From assembly GCA_027923505.1 (NCBI GenBank), contig BROI01000002.1, positions 868,001-932,000 on the forward strand: DNA of 64,000 bases, read 5' to 3'. Positions within the stretch are counted from its first letter, which is position 1, and the number at the start of each line of letters is the position of its first letter. The translations under genes were made by a program, and so were the position numbers. The notes below the pieces were generated by a model. That model saw only the letters and a list, made by a program, of their open reading frames with translations, searched no databases and was not told the origin of the DNA. Positions 53,975 to 64,000 of the stretch are shown here, in pieces. The stretch is from Mayamaea pseudoterrestris (taxonomy: Eukaryota).

Positions 53975-56020
53975 ATGAGATTCAGCATTGCCGTGCTTGC
54001 GCTGCAACTGCTGCCGGCGTCGCAAGCCTTCACGAATAGTCTTCGACACGCTCGCACCTCCACAGCAAAGAACAAGTTGCATTCGACGGAAGACGACGAT
54101 GACTACTTTGACCCGTACTTGGACAAGGCTCTCCGCACCGACGTCTTTCAGCTCTACAGTCCACCAGGAGGAGGGGCAAGAACCAATGGCATCGTGGCGC
54201 CGTCGGCAGCAAAGAAGGAGCGGCTGCATCAAAAGTCTCCTCCCGCCGTTGTGTTTTACGACAGCAAGCGACGCAAATTCATGCAGGGCTTTAAAAGCAG
54301 CGTACAAACGGTCCGAGATATTTCCAAAAAGACCATTTCAACAGTCAGCAAAGCTTCCATACAGGCTCCCGAGGTTGTCACGTCGCAACTAGAGTCCATC
54401 GTGACCAACGCCAGAACACTGGCGCCATTCCAAAAAGTGCAACGTTTACAAATTCCGCAACTGAGCCACCAGCAGAACGAATATTTCGGCGCCACGGCGG
54501 CTGGCTTTTGCACGTCGCTGACGCTTGCTCCGGAAGCAGTAGCCTTTGCAGTCATGACTGGCGTCAATCCATTGGTGGCACTGTGGACGAGCGTCATTGT
54601 AGGCATGACGGCGTCTTTATTAGGTGGTCGGCCTGGTTTGATTTCAGGTACCAGCGGCGCCTGCGCCATGGTGTGCGCTGGATTATGCGCACAAAAGGGA
54701 CCGCAATACTTGACAGCATGTGCGCTTCTAGCAGGCGTTTTTCAAATTGCTGGCGGAGTGCTGGGTGTGGGAAAGTTTATTCGTCTGGTTCCCCAACCAG
54801 TCATGCTTGGTTTTGTGAATGGTTTGGCTTTACTCATGGCCAAGACGCAACTGATTCACTTTGCCGGCTTGTCGCCGCTGTCGGCACCTGGTGTTTCAGC
54901 CATTGGAATATCTGCCGCAACCATTGGTCTCGTCAAGCTGCTACCCAAGTTTAGCAAAGTGATACCGCCGTCGTTGGGGGCTGTGACGCTGGTATCCATC
55001 GTATCAGCTATATTCAAATTGCCAGTCAAACGACTTGCGGATGTGGCGGGAGCAGGCACGTTTGCTGGTGGTTGGCAGGCGTTACCAAAAATTGGCTTGC
55101 CAAGCGTGCCTCTAAATTTAGCAACTGTACAAACGGTCTTGCCGTATGCCATCATTATAGCTGTCGTTGGCTTGCTGGAGAGCCTTCTCACCACGCAAGT
55201 GGTTGATGGCATGCTTGATGATGGAAAACGCGGCTCGACTGAAAAGGAATGCATTGCACAGGGAGCTGCCAACGTTGCCAGCGGCTTGTTCGGTGGTATG
55301 GCAGGCGGTGTTCAGCTTGGCCAGTCAATACTCAACGTCCAATCTGGCGGCGCCATCAACAAATGGTCAGGCATAAGCGCCGGAATCTTTCTAGCTGGGA
55401 GCATCGTCTTGGGAGCGCCATTGGTGGGAGCCATTCCTGTTGCAAGTTTAGCAGGAGTCATGCTATTGGTGTGTCAATCAACATTCTCATGGTCGTCGCT
55501 GCGAGTAGTGAACAAAATTCCAAAAATTGACGCTTGTATACTGGCCATGACCAGCATTCTCACACTTCAAAAAAATCTTGCGGCTGCCGTTCTGTACGGG
55601 ACAATGGCGTCGGCGCTGGGCTTTGCATGGAGGAAAAGCAAAATGCTACGAGCAGACGAATACGTGTTTGAAGATAACAACGTAAAGCTCTATTCGCTAA
55701 AAGGTCCACTGTTCTTTGGATCAGCGGGTGCTTTCGACTCAATTTTCGACGTTGGTGGCGACCCAGAAAAGGTGATTATGGACTTTAGCGAATGCAGAGT
55801 GCACGATCATTCCGCATTAGATGCGGTTTGCAGCATGGCAGAAAAATATAGCCGGTCGGGCAAGCAAGTCATTGTCCGCCGAGTGAGCAGTGATACTGCT
55901 CAGTTGCTTCGAAAACTGGACAGAAGTGGCTCATTGATTGTTGAGACTGATGCAACCAATGATCCGCAATATCAAGTAGCGGAAAATAGTGAATTGTACG
56001 AGAATCTGCGAATCGGGTAA
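53975..56020 (+). CDS. SulP/SLC26 anion (bicarbonate/sulfate) transporter with STAS domain, probably plastid-targeted
   Basis: PEAVAFA, GGRPGLISG, PVMLGFVNGLA, ESLLT, QG.AN, GPLFFGS, D.SAL; presequence MRFSIAVLALQLLPASQA-F. Confidence 0.92.
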   Translation: MRFSIAVLALQLLPASQAFTNSLRHARTSTAKNKLHSTEDDDDYFDPYLDKALRTDVFQLYSPPGGGARTNGIVAPSAAKKERLHQKSPPAVVFYDSKRRKFMQGFKSSVQTVRDISKKTISTVSKASIQAPEVVTSQLESIVTNARTLAPFQKVQRLQIPQLSHQQNEYFGATAAGFCTSLTLAPEAVAFAVMTGVNPLVALWTSVIVGMTASLLGGRPGLISGTSGACAMVCAGLCAQKGPQYLTACALLAGVFQIAGGVLGVGKFIRLVPQPVMLGFVNGLALLMAKTQLIHFAGLSPLSAPGVSAIGISAATIGLVKLLPKFSKVIPPSLGAVTLVSIVSAIFKLPVKRLADVAGAGTFAGGWQALPKIGLPSVPLNLATVQTVLPYAIIIAVVGLLESLLTTQVVDGMLDDGKRGSTEKECIAQGAANVASGLFGGMAGGVQLGQSILNVQSGGAINKWSGISAGIFLAGSIVLGAPLVGAIPVASLAGVMLLVCQSTFSWSSLRVVNKIPKIDACILAMTSILTLQKNLAAAVLYGTMASALGFAWRKSKMLRADEYVFEDNNVKLYSLKGPLFFGSAGAFDSIFDVGGDPEKVIMDFSECRVHDHSALDAVCSMAEKYSRSGKQVIVRRVSSDTAQLLRKLDRSGSLIVETDATNDPQYQVAENSELYENLRIG

Positions 56021-56272
56021 ATCGGTTGTTTGAGCTAAGCATCCATGCACTGCTATCAGGGTCAAAATAGTTTATATCTGTTTATTGTATTTAACATACA
56101 TTGCAACTTGGTAATATGTGTAGCTGTGAAGTGGTGTAACAAGCAAAACGTCGATTGGGACTTGCAGGCACTTTTAATGCTTTCGCAACGTCTAATTCCC
56201 GAAAGGCTTCAAGTAAGTATCGTTGACATGTCGCTATATTGTGTATGCATCAATCACTGCCTCTACTCCAAC

Positions 56273-57373
56273 TCAGCAGCGAGGATTCGCTGGGTTGCGG
56301 GGGCTCATTTCGGTAACTTTGCCTCCCATGGTATCCGTTGCGGTTGCCGCGTAAACACACGTGGCGCTGGTATGCCGATTATTGAGACCAAAGCCGTGCG
56401 TCCAGCAATAATGACGCCGGCGAGATGTAGCAGGAGTAGTTGTTGTTGTACCAGTTGGGGCAGCAGAAGCAGCATGCGACGAAGCGGCACGAGCGAGAGC
56501 CTGCTCATTCTGCTGCAACTGACGACGGAGATGCCCTTGTTCGATCAACAGCGCATTTAAGCGTGCAGCAAGAGCGTTATCATGATAAACGCCGAAATCA
56601 ATGGCTGTGCGCTGTTCGCGACGCACCCTGTTGGCGCGGTTGAATCTCGCCTGGAAATCTTTCATGGTGCGATCATCGTCACAAACGGCTCGCTCGTAGG
56701 CGGCGATGTCATCAGCAAATACGCCACTGTTGCGTAAAACAAGGAGTGTATCGTAAATTTGGTTCCATTCGTCAATTGGTCCGCCCGCAGCGTCAGCAAA
56801 ATCAGTAATTTCGGTGAGTCGATTCCAAATGGTTTCAATGGGTTCGTTCGGATCCCACGGCGTGAGGAGGCGCTGGCGGTTCTTCTCGCGTTCAGCGTTG
56901 GTGATGCTTCCATAGTTAGTATTCAAATGCGTCAGTAGTTGCATGGTAGTGACGTTGGAGTAGCTGAAGCGACGATGCTTTAGAATGGCGTAGTAGATCT
57001 CGTTGACGGCTGTCATCAACAACGTTTTGAGCGCAAGATCGGCAATGCCCATCGTCTGGTAAACTTCCATAGCTTCTCTGTAGACACGTTCGCGCTCCTC
57101 AAAAAGGTAGTGCTTTGTCATGTCAGGAGGCGGCGCACCCAGTGGAGCTGGAAGTGTAGGTGCTTGAAAAGAAATGGCTGGATTGGGAAAGCGGACGAGC
57201 ATTTCGGCAGGAGAGAGCTTGACGCAGAGGAAATCATGGCCATCAAACCCATTGCGGAAAGGGATTTTGCGAGCGTTCGCAATGAGCTGAGCGGTAGCGG
57301 TAGTGAGTGTAGAGTAGCTTGGTTTGCCGTCAATGACAGTCAACGGAGCAAGTTCGGGAAGCGTGAAATTCAT
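56273..57373 (-). mobile_element. Gag-like ORF related to diatom Ty1/copia (CoDi) retrotransposons; no pol or LTR seen
   Basis: 366-aa ORF with Y..L.H....YSNVT..QLL.HL...YG.I, PWDPNEPIE, and terminal YCWTHG....HTSATC...T.GG, recalled as typical of diatom copia gag. Confidence 0.75.
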
Positions 57374-57978
57374 CGAGGATCAGTTTAAGCAGCTGAGTCG
57401 GAGCAGTTAAAGAGAAGGCGGAGCAATAGTAGCAGGTGAACGGGATGTAACACTTCTGTTGAAGGGTCTTAAAGTCACTACAGCAGACAAGCGATTTGAC
57501 GTGTGATTGCACTTTAATGAGCTCATCATGGCTGCCGTATTCTTTGACTGAGGTGTGAAGCGAAACGCTGGGAATGCATGGTGGAACGAAGAGTGATACT
57601 CATGACTCATGGAAAGACGTACCGGTACTCAAGGCGTCTCGTCGTAGTCGGATTCCGAGTTCCATAGAAACGCGCGATGACCAACGACGATGACGCAGAT
57701 TCGAACTGCGCGCGACAGCGCGCGTGTTATGGGCGACGAAACAGGGAATCTCGGTGCAGACGGTCAACCTTTCCAAAAGCATCAGCATGAGACAAGCACT
57801 TGACTCAGAAGGCTACTATTGTTGATACAAAAAAGCAGGAGAAGCAAAATATCATCAGTGAATGTCTTCGCACAACACTCCGCACCCACAAGAGCATATT
57901 TGCTGTTGTTATCCGATCCGTCAAGAAATGGCGCGTCATCACCAGCCAGAATTACCATCACGTTCCGATGAGCTTACC

Positions 57979-59166
57979 ATGCCGGTTGCTATAAGAAATG
58001 TTCATGGCGCTTATCCAGCCTTCCATATATTCATACTACTACTCATATCAACCCAATGCGCCGATTCCTTCGTGCTTTCACACGCAAATCCCCATGCCCG
58101 AACCAATCGCAGACGGAACAATTTATTCCCAGCGACCAAACTGCAGGAAATAACGTCGACGGCCCCAGATTCTGTCACGACATCAGAGACATGGTCTCTT
58201 TCGGCTTCGAATGCTCGCAGTGAGAGTCGCTTTGGCTTACGACGCCGCGTGAAAGCGGTGCTACAGAATGCCAAGAACCGGACGGGTCTTCCCAATCTGA
58301 ACTCAGAAGACGACGCATTCGTTGAATCATCCATCAGTAGCCAGTCCATGGGCAAAGCTTTCGATGATGCAGAAGAATACTTATTCCATGAGGAGTTGGA
58401 TGATTTTGTTGCATTGCCGAATGAGGAAGTGCCAATCGCCGTGCGAAGCAACTATGTTGCTCCTGTCAAAACTGTCGACCAATCGACTCCAGTTTCATCA
58501 ATATCAGCACAGGCACAAAAACCTCTGCCTTTTACTCTCCCAACATTAACAGAAGAACAGAATGAGCTGCTTCGAAAGGGTGAACGAGTACAGTACCAAG
58601 CCAAAATGGGAGGAGAAGGCAATGGCTTTGTCGTGGTTGACGTTCAAGCTCCACCCTACGTTGTATGGGAGTGTCTGTTAGACTTTGAAGCATACCCGGA
58701 ACAAATTGACACTGTGAGAAGCATGCGCATGTTTACATCGACGCACTTGAACAGCAGCTACATTGCCGAAGACCCCGTTCTGCCTGCCTTGACGCGAAAC
58801 ATGCGACACTATGGTCGCGCGTCAGTGACGCGCGCCTCCTTTGTGTTGAGCAAGTTTCGACTGAACATTGCCGCCGTACACAAGTATCGCCCACATCCAG
58901 ATGGTCACTACATGACGTTTACGCTGGACAAGGCATGCAAGAATGTGGTTCTGCAGGATGCCAAGGGGATATGGTACACGCAGGCATGCCCCGACGGACG
59001 ACAAGACTACACGCGCGTGTGGCTACTATGTGAGCTCAAAGTATCTCCCTTGCTGCCAACCTTTATCGTTGACTACGCGGCGCGCCGAGCTATGCCACGG
59101 GCAACGACCTGGCTCAAACCAGTCGTGGAGACTTCTGCCAATCGATGGCTGGGGACTGGAATGTAG
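57979..59166 (+). CDS. SRPBCC/START-like (polyketide cyclase/Coq10-type) protein, probably plastid-targeted
   Basis: DVQAPPYVVWECLLDFEAYP, G.WY, PLLPTFIVDYAARRAMPRATTWL; presequence FILLLISTQCADS-F. Confidence 0.8.
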   Translation: MPVAIRNVHGAYPAFHIFILLLISTQCADSFVLSHANPHARTNRRRNNLFPATKLQEITSTAPDSVTTSETWSLSASNARSESRFGLRRRVKAVLQNAKNRTGLPNLNSEDDAFVESSISSQSMGKAFDDAEEYLFHEELDDFVALPNEEVPIAVRSNYVAPVKTVDQSTPVSSISAQAQKPLPFTLPTLTEEQNELLRKGERVQYQAKMGGEGNGFVVVDVQAPPYVVWECLLDFEAYPEQIDTVRSMRMFTSTHLNSSYIAEDPVLPALTRNMRHYGRASVTRASFVLSKFRLNIAAVHKYRPHPDGHYMTFTLDKACKNVVLQDAKGIWYTQACPDGRQDYTRVWLLCELKVSPLLPTFIVDYAARRAMPRATTWLKPVVETSANRWLGTGM

Positions 59167-59470
59167 AGCCTTACTAATAAAACTACACCGGTATAAAATT
59201 GACAATATATAGACGTTATGAAAGCGAGCATATAAGCTCTGGTAGCCGCTGCTTATGCGTACGTAATGAAGGTCGTTTGCGCTTTTGCTGAGTAGCAGTC
59301 CACGGGACTCGACAAAGCGTGATTGCTTTGAACCCCAACTCTTTTGGGTCGACCAGGTGACTTTTTGACGCGGACGAGGAAAGATCTCCTTGCTCCTTGC
59401 AGCTTGCCAGTTTACTCTTCGTTGCAATCTATCCTCAATTTCGGTCAAGTGCAGCACAATCGTCAAGAGA

Positions 59471-59829
59471 ATGGTTGAAACAAAATTTGAGGTCGGCATG
59501 ACTTGCTCGGGATGCGCCGACGCCATCAAGCGGATTCTTGGCAAGATTGACGGAGTCCAAAGCATTGATGCAAATGTTGACACTAAGATTGTAACTGTTC
59601 AAGCTGACCCATCGGTGTCTCCACAATATATGCTTGAAAAGCTTGAAAAGGTGAGTTGTTATGGAAATTGATATGTGAAATGCAGACGAATGCTTTTGCA
59701 GCTGGCATTTACTTTTTCGTTCGAATGATGTGCTAGAGTTTGTTCGCTTGTTCGCTGTATTTATTCTCATCCGCTCTTTGCTCATCGCAGTGGGGAACTG
59801 CTGCCAAAAAGACGGTAGCATTGGTATAA
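59471..59829 (+). CDS. ATX1: Copper chaperone (HMA domain); intron 59651-59790
   Basis: MVETKFEVGMTCSGCADAIKRIL...LEK-WGTAAKKTVALV*. Confidence 0.92.
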
Positions 59830-60355
59830 CAACGCGTGATTGATGCCTGCTTCGGGTCGCGCGGCCTATCTTCTGCACCTATGTAAAGCAAGATCTACGT
59901 AGAGTCCTTGACACATAACACCAACAGACTGCGTCTACATGCAAACGAATACAGTATAAATTACTTCGACTTGCTCTCAAACCTATACGATTGCATTAGT
60001 TCCTCCTTCTGACCCCGTTTTCGCCGATAAGCATTCGTTCTTTGAAATTGGTCGAGGAACAATCCAATCAATCATGGCACTTTCTAAATAGTAGCTCAAT
60101 GCATTCATAAAGATTGTTTTCGATAAGCAAGTTTCAGATTCCTTGTAGCTCGTCCTTTGCAATGTATCTCGTGTGACGGTAGATATCGTGGATAGAATTT
60201 GTCTTATCGGTTTTGAAAAGTCAAATGGACGGTGACGAAGCGCACGACGAAACGAATCCAACGCGTTGCCTTTCACAATGGTCGCTGTGACCCCCGACAA
60301 CGTTAATCAAACGGCCATTTCCTGCTATTAAAGTCTTTGCAGCTACATCATTAAC

Positions 60356-63300
60356 ATGTCGTTTCCACCACCGCCGCCTCCGCCGGCGAATTCTAGTCGG
60401 TTTGCTCCACCGCCACCGGGAGGTTCGTTTGCGGCACCTCAACCTGCCGCAGGCCTGGCGCAAAACATGAGCAACCTTTCCATTCAGCCGCCAGCGGCTC
60501 CGTCTGGGTACGTACAATCAAACAAATGTAAAGAAGAAGACGAATAGCGAGATTATGGTAGTGAAAGTAATCGAGCATGAAGAATGCAAAAAATATATAT
60601 TTTGACATTCATGCATTTGCAACTTGCATTGCCAAGAGACTGCAATGACTGCTGACATCTCACCTTTTTTGTTTAATTATTTTCACTACAATTTCAGAGC
60701 ACCAACTGGAGCCGGCATGTTTCGTCCTCCGCCTCCAGGTCAGCCAGTCGCTCCAAGACAGCCGCAATATCAGGGCGGCGCCGCTGCTCCGCCCCATCAA
60801 CCTGGACCCGCCGTCTTCACGCCAGCCGCTCCAAAGGGACCTCCAGCAATAGCTGGCGGCTCCTTTGCTCCTCCTCCACCTCCTGGCGCTCCCATGATGC
60901 CTCCAGGATCATCGCATCAAATGCAAATGCATGCGCCGCCGCAGCAATTTGGCGGTTTGAATCCTGCTGCAGCCGCGCCGTCACCATTTTACCATCCCCA
61001 GCCTACTCCTGGTCAAATGAACCGCGCCATGGGTCCACCGGGAATGGGATCTCCGCCGCCAGCAGCCGGAGGCATGCCGGTTGGTTTACCGAGTGCAGCG
61101 CCCATGACGATTACAGAAAATACAAACATTGACTACAGCATCAAGATTCCTGAACCTTTCTTTCGCCTAGCCTGCGGAAAGCTTCCTCAGACTGCGTCGC
61201 AGGCACCCAAGATTCCGCTCGGTGGCTTGATTCGTCCATTGGCGCCAATCTTGGATGAGTCTGACGACTCACTCAAGGTGGACACGATCCAGCCTGGCAC
61301 GGCTGGCATTGTCCGCTGCAAGCGCTGCCGCACTTACATGAACGCCTTTGTGACGTGGGGCGACCACGGCCGGACCTGGAAGTGCAACATTTGTACGCAA
61401 ATCAACGAAACACCGAGCGCGTACTTTTGTCATTTGGACGACCAAACGGGTCTTCGTCGGGATCGCTACGACCGACCGGAACTGAGCAAGGCGCTCGTGG
61501 AGTTTATTGCGCCGGCCGAGTACATGGTGCGGCCGCCGCAGGAGCCCGCGTACTTTTTTGTCATTGACGTGAGTGCGACGGCTGTACGCAGTGGCATGCT
61601 GGCGAGTGTGGCGGCTGGTATCAAGGCGAGTTTGGATCATTTGCCGGGACGGGGGCGCACCAAGATTGGTTTCGTCACGTTTGATAATTCGGTGCATTAC
61701 TATAACCTGGCGAGCGATTTGACGAATCCACAAGTATTAGTGGTTGCGGATTTGAAGGAACTATTTGTGCCGCTGCCGGATCACTTGTTGGTCAATTTGG
61801 AGGAATCTCGATCGGTTGTGGAAGTGTTTTTGGATAGCCTGCCGGAGATGTTTAGTCGCAACCCCGTCGTGTCGCAGTCTTGCCTTGGACCGGCACTCAA
61901 GGCGGCATTTACCGTCATGAAGCAAGTTGGTGGTAAAATGTGCGTCTTTCAGTCGCTCATGCCAAACTTGGGAGATGGTGCGCTGAAGCCACGAGAGCAA
62001 CCTGGAATTATGGGTACGCCCGCGGAAATCAAATTGCTCAAGCCGGAGCAAACATGGTTCAAAGATACAGCTGTTGAGTTTAGTCGTCAGCAAATTAGCG
62101 TCGACATGTTTTTGTTCCCTTACCAGTACATGGACTTGGCATCGCTTGGAGAGCTCCCTCGTTATACTTCGGGCAATCTTTACTCGTACGTTTCATTTAA
62201 CAGAGCCAAGGATGGAAAACGATTTGAAGATCAGCTTGCGAATACCTTGACGCAGCATACAGCCTTTGAAGCAGTCATGAGGATTCGTTGCAGCAAGGGA
62301 ATGAGAATTACAAATTTTTACGGTAACTTCTTTATTAGAGGGACAGATCTCCTTGCGCTCCCCAACTGCAACACTGATTCAGTCTTTGGATTTGACTTGG
62401 CCCACGAGGAACAAAACATTTTAATGTCCCACGTCACGGTGCAAGCAGCTCTGCTTTACACGAGCAGTGATGGAGAGCGGCGTATTCGAGTCATGACGCA
62501 GACGCTTCCAGTGACACCGTTGAACTCGGAGCTTATTGGAGCAATTGATGCAGAAGCGTCTTGTGCCTTGCTTGCACGGCAAGCAATGGACTTGGGGTTG
62601 AAAACGAGCTTGGACCAGACCCGCATGCGTTTGCAGCAAATTTGCGTGGATGTCATCCGGTCTGCTAAAGGCGGAGACAAGCGGACGGTGTCTGGTTATG
62701 CTGCTCCGGGGCATCATGACGGATCGGATGGCGAGGAGAAGCAGTTGCCTGAAAACTTGCAACTCTTCCCGCTGTATATCCTAGCGCTGATGAAGAATGT
62801 TGCTTTTCGAGGAGGTACGGACGTTCATCCGGACGAACGCATTCAGGCCCACCATATATTGAGCCGCCTGTGGGTTCCAGCGTGCAAGCACTTTATTTAT
62901 CCGCAATTGTTTGAGCTGCACAAAATGGACAATGATGCTGGCCATCCATCTGTTAACGACGACGAGAGTGAACTGGTTGCTGGAAGAAACCGCATTGTAC
63001 TACCCACTGTGGTTAATTTGAGTATAGACCGACTGAGCAGCGATGGTGTTTACTTGCTCAGCAACGGAATTGAATTCTATCTCTGGGTCGGCCGAGATGC
63101 AAACATGAATATTGTGGCGTCGCTTTTCGGTGTTCACACTTTGGATGATGTTGATCCAAATCAAATGGAAATTATTATGAGCGGCGATCCATTCGCGTCA
63201 CGCTTTGGAGCCATTGTTGATGCATTGCGCGAAGAGGTTGATGGCCCTTATTACACTGCGCCAAAGATTGTCGTCATTCGAGAAGGAGATACTCACTTGG

Positions 63301-64000
63301 AGGCACGGTTTTACTGGTTTTTGATTGAAGATCGGGCAAGTTTTCAAGGTGGAACCTACAGCTACGCCGAGTTTATGCAGTTTGTAAACAATCCAAATGC
63401 CACCTCGGGAGGCCGGGGCGTCGCCCCTCCTGGTGCACCCGGTGGAATGGCGATGGGTGCTCATCCTCCTCCACCAGGTCCTCCTGCCCCGCATCAAGGA
63501 GGTGCGTATCCGCCTCAAAAGCCGCAGTACGCTCCCTCACCTGGTCATGGAAACTACGCTCCACCGACACCTCCAGTTGCGCCGCGCGGACCTCAGCCAG
63601 GTGGTTATGGAGGGCCGCCTGCTCCCCCGCAGCCTTCTCAGCAAATTAGTTACAACTCACCGCCGGTGGCATCACACGCGCCATCTCAAGGAGGATACGG
63701 TGGCCCAATGGGATCACACGGCCCTCCGTCAGGTGGCTATGGCGCTCCTCCAACGCCGCCAACTCAAGCAGGACCTCCACAGGTGAACTATGCAGCGAAA
63801 ACTTCACCAGTCGGAGCTCCACCTCAGGCGGCGTACCAAAGCCCTCCTGTGTCTTCTGCCGGACCTTCACGACAAGCTGGCCCTCCTCCTGTACCGGGAC
63901 GGTCAGTAGCTTCTAGCGCTCCTCAACAAGCTCCGGCTTACTCATCCACGCCTCCGCCTCCTCCAGGTGCCGGCGTTGCACGACCTCCTCCGCCACCTCC
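60356..64000 (+). CDS. SEC24: COPII coat subunit Sec24, truncated by the window end; intron 60508-60697
   Basis: Pro-rich N-terminus, zinc finger RCKRCRTYMN..WKCNIC, EFIAPAEYMVRPPQ, FVIDVS, FEAVMRIRCSKG, GERRIRV, gelsolin-like segment; absent from the ORF track because there is no stop in the window. Confidence 0.95.

Noticed and set aside
56021..57800. LTRs, PBS or polypurine tract around the gag ORF
   Set aside because: No matching direct repeats found by eye; the purine-rich stretch after the stop is too weak to call
15304..64000. Apparent clustering of trafficking genes (ATG5, COPG, SEC24) and metal genes (ZIP, ATX1)
   Set aside because: Widely spaced and interleaved with unrelated genes; compatible with chance

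Overview
This is gene-dense eukaryotic nuclear DNA with short GT-AG introns. It is most consistent with a diatom, probably pennate, given the EukCatA-type channels, ASAFAP-like plastid presequences, diatom-type PPR protein and CoDi-like gag; the species cannot be determined from sequence alone. About 30 protein-coding genes can be modelled by hand, several of them spliced and therefore missed or split by the ORF track (UMA-UBA protein, APC11, TRIC-like protein, ATX1, SEC24). Housekeeping genes include ATG5, GCDH, EDC4, COPG, APC11, SEC24, a serine carboxypeptidase, ZIP and SulP transporters and two kinases. The most notable observations are: (1) two paralogous single-domain voltage-gated channels arranged head-to-head with different selectivity filters (TLDNW vs TMDDW); (2) an ion-channel/adenylyl-cyclase (ACalpha-type) fusion lacking both metal-binding aspartates; (3) an intronless phage/bacterial-type RusA resolvase with a signal peptide, bracketed by a perfect 27-bp direct repeat; (4) an intact solo retrotransposon gag with no visible pol or LTRs; (5) a tiny UMA+UBA protein, a candidate ESCRT-I fourth subunit. 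No rRNA, tRNA or CRISPR was recognised. All gene models and family calls come from manual reading and motif recall, not database searches.
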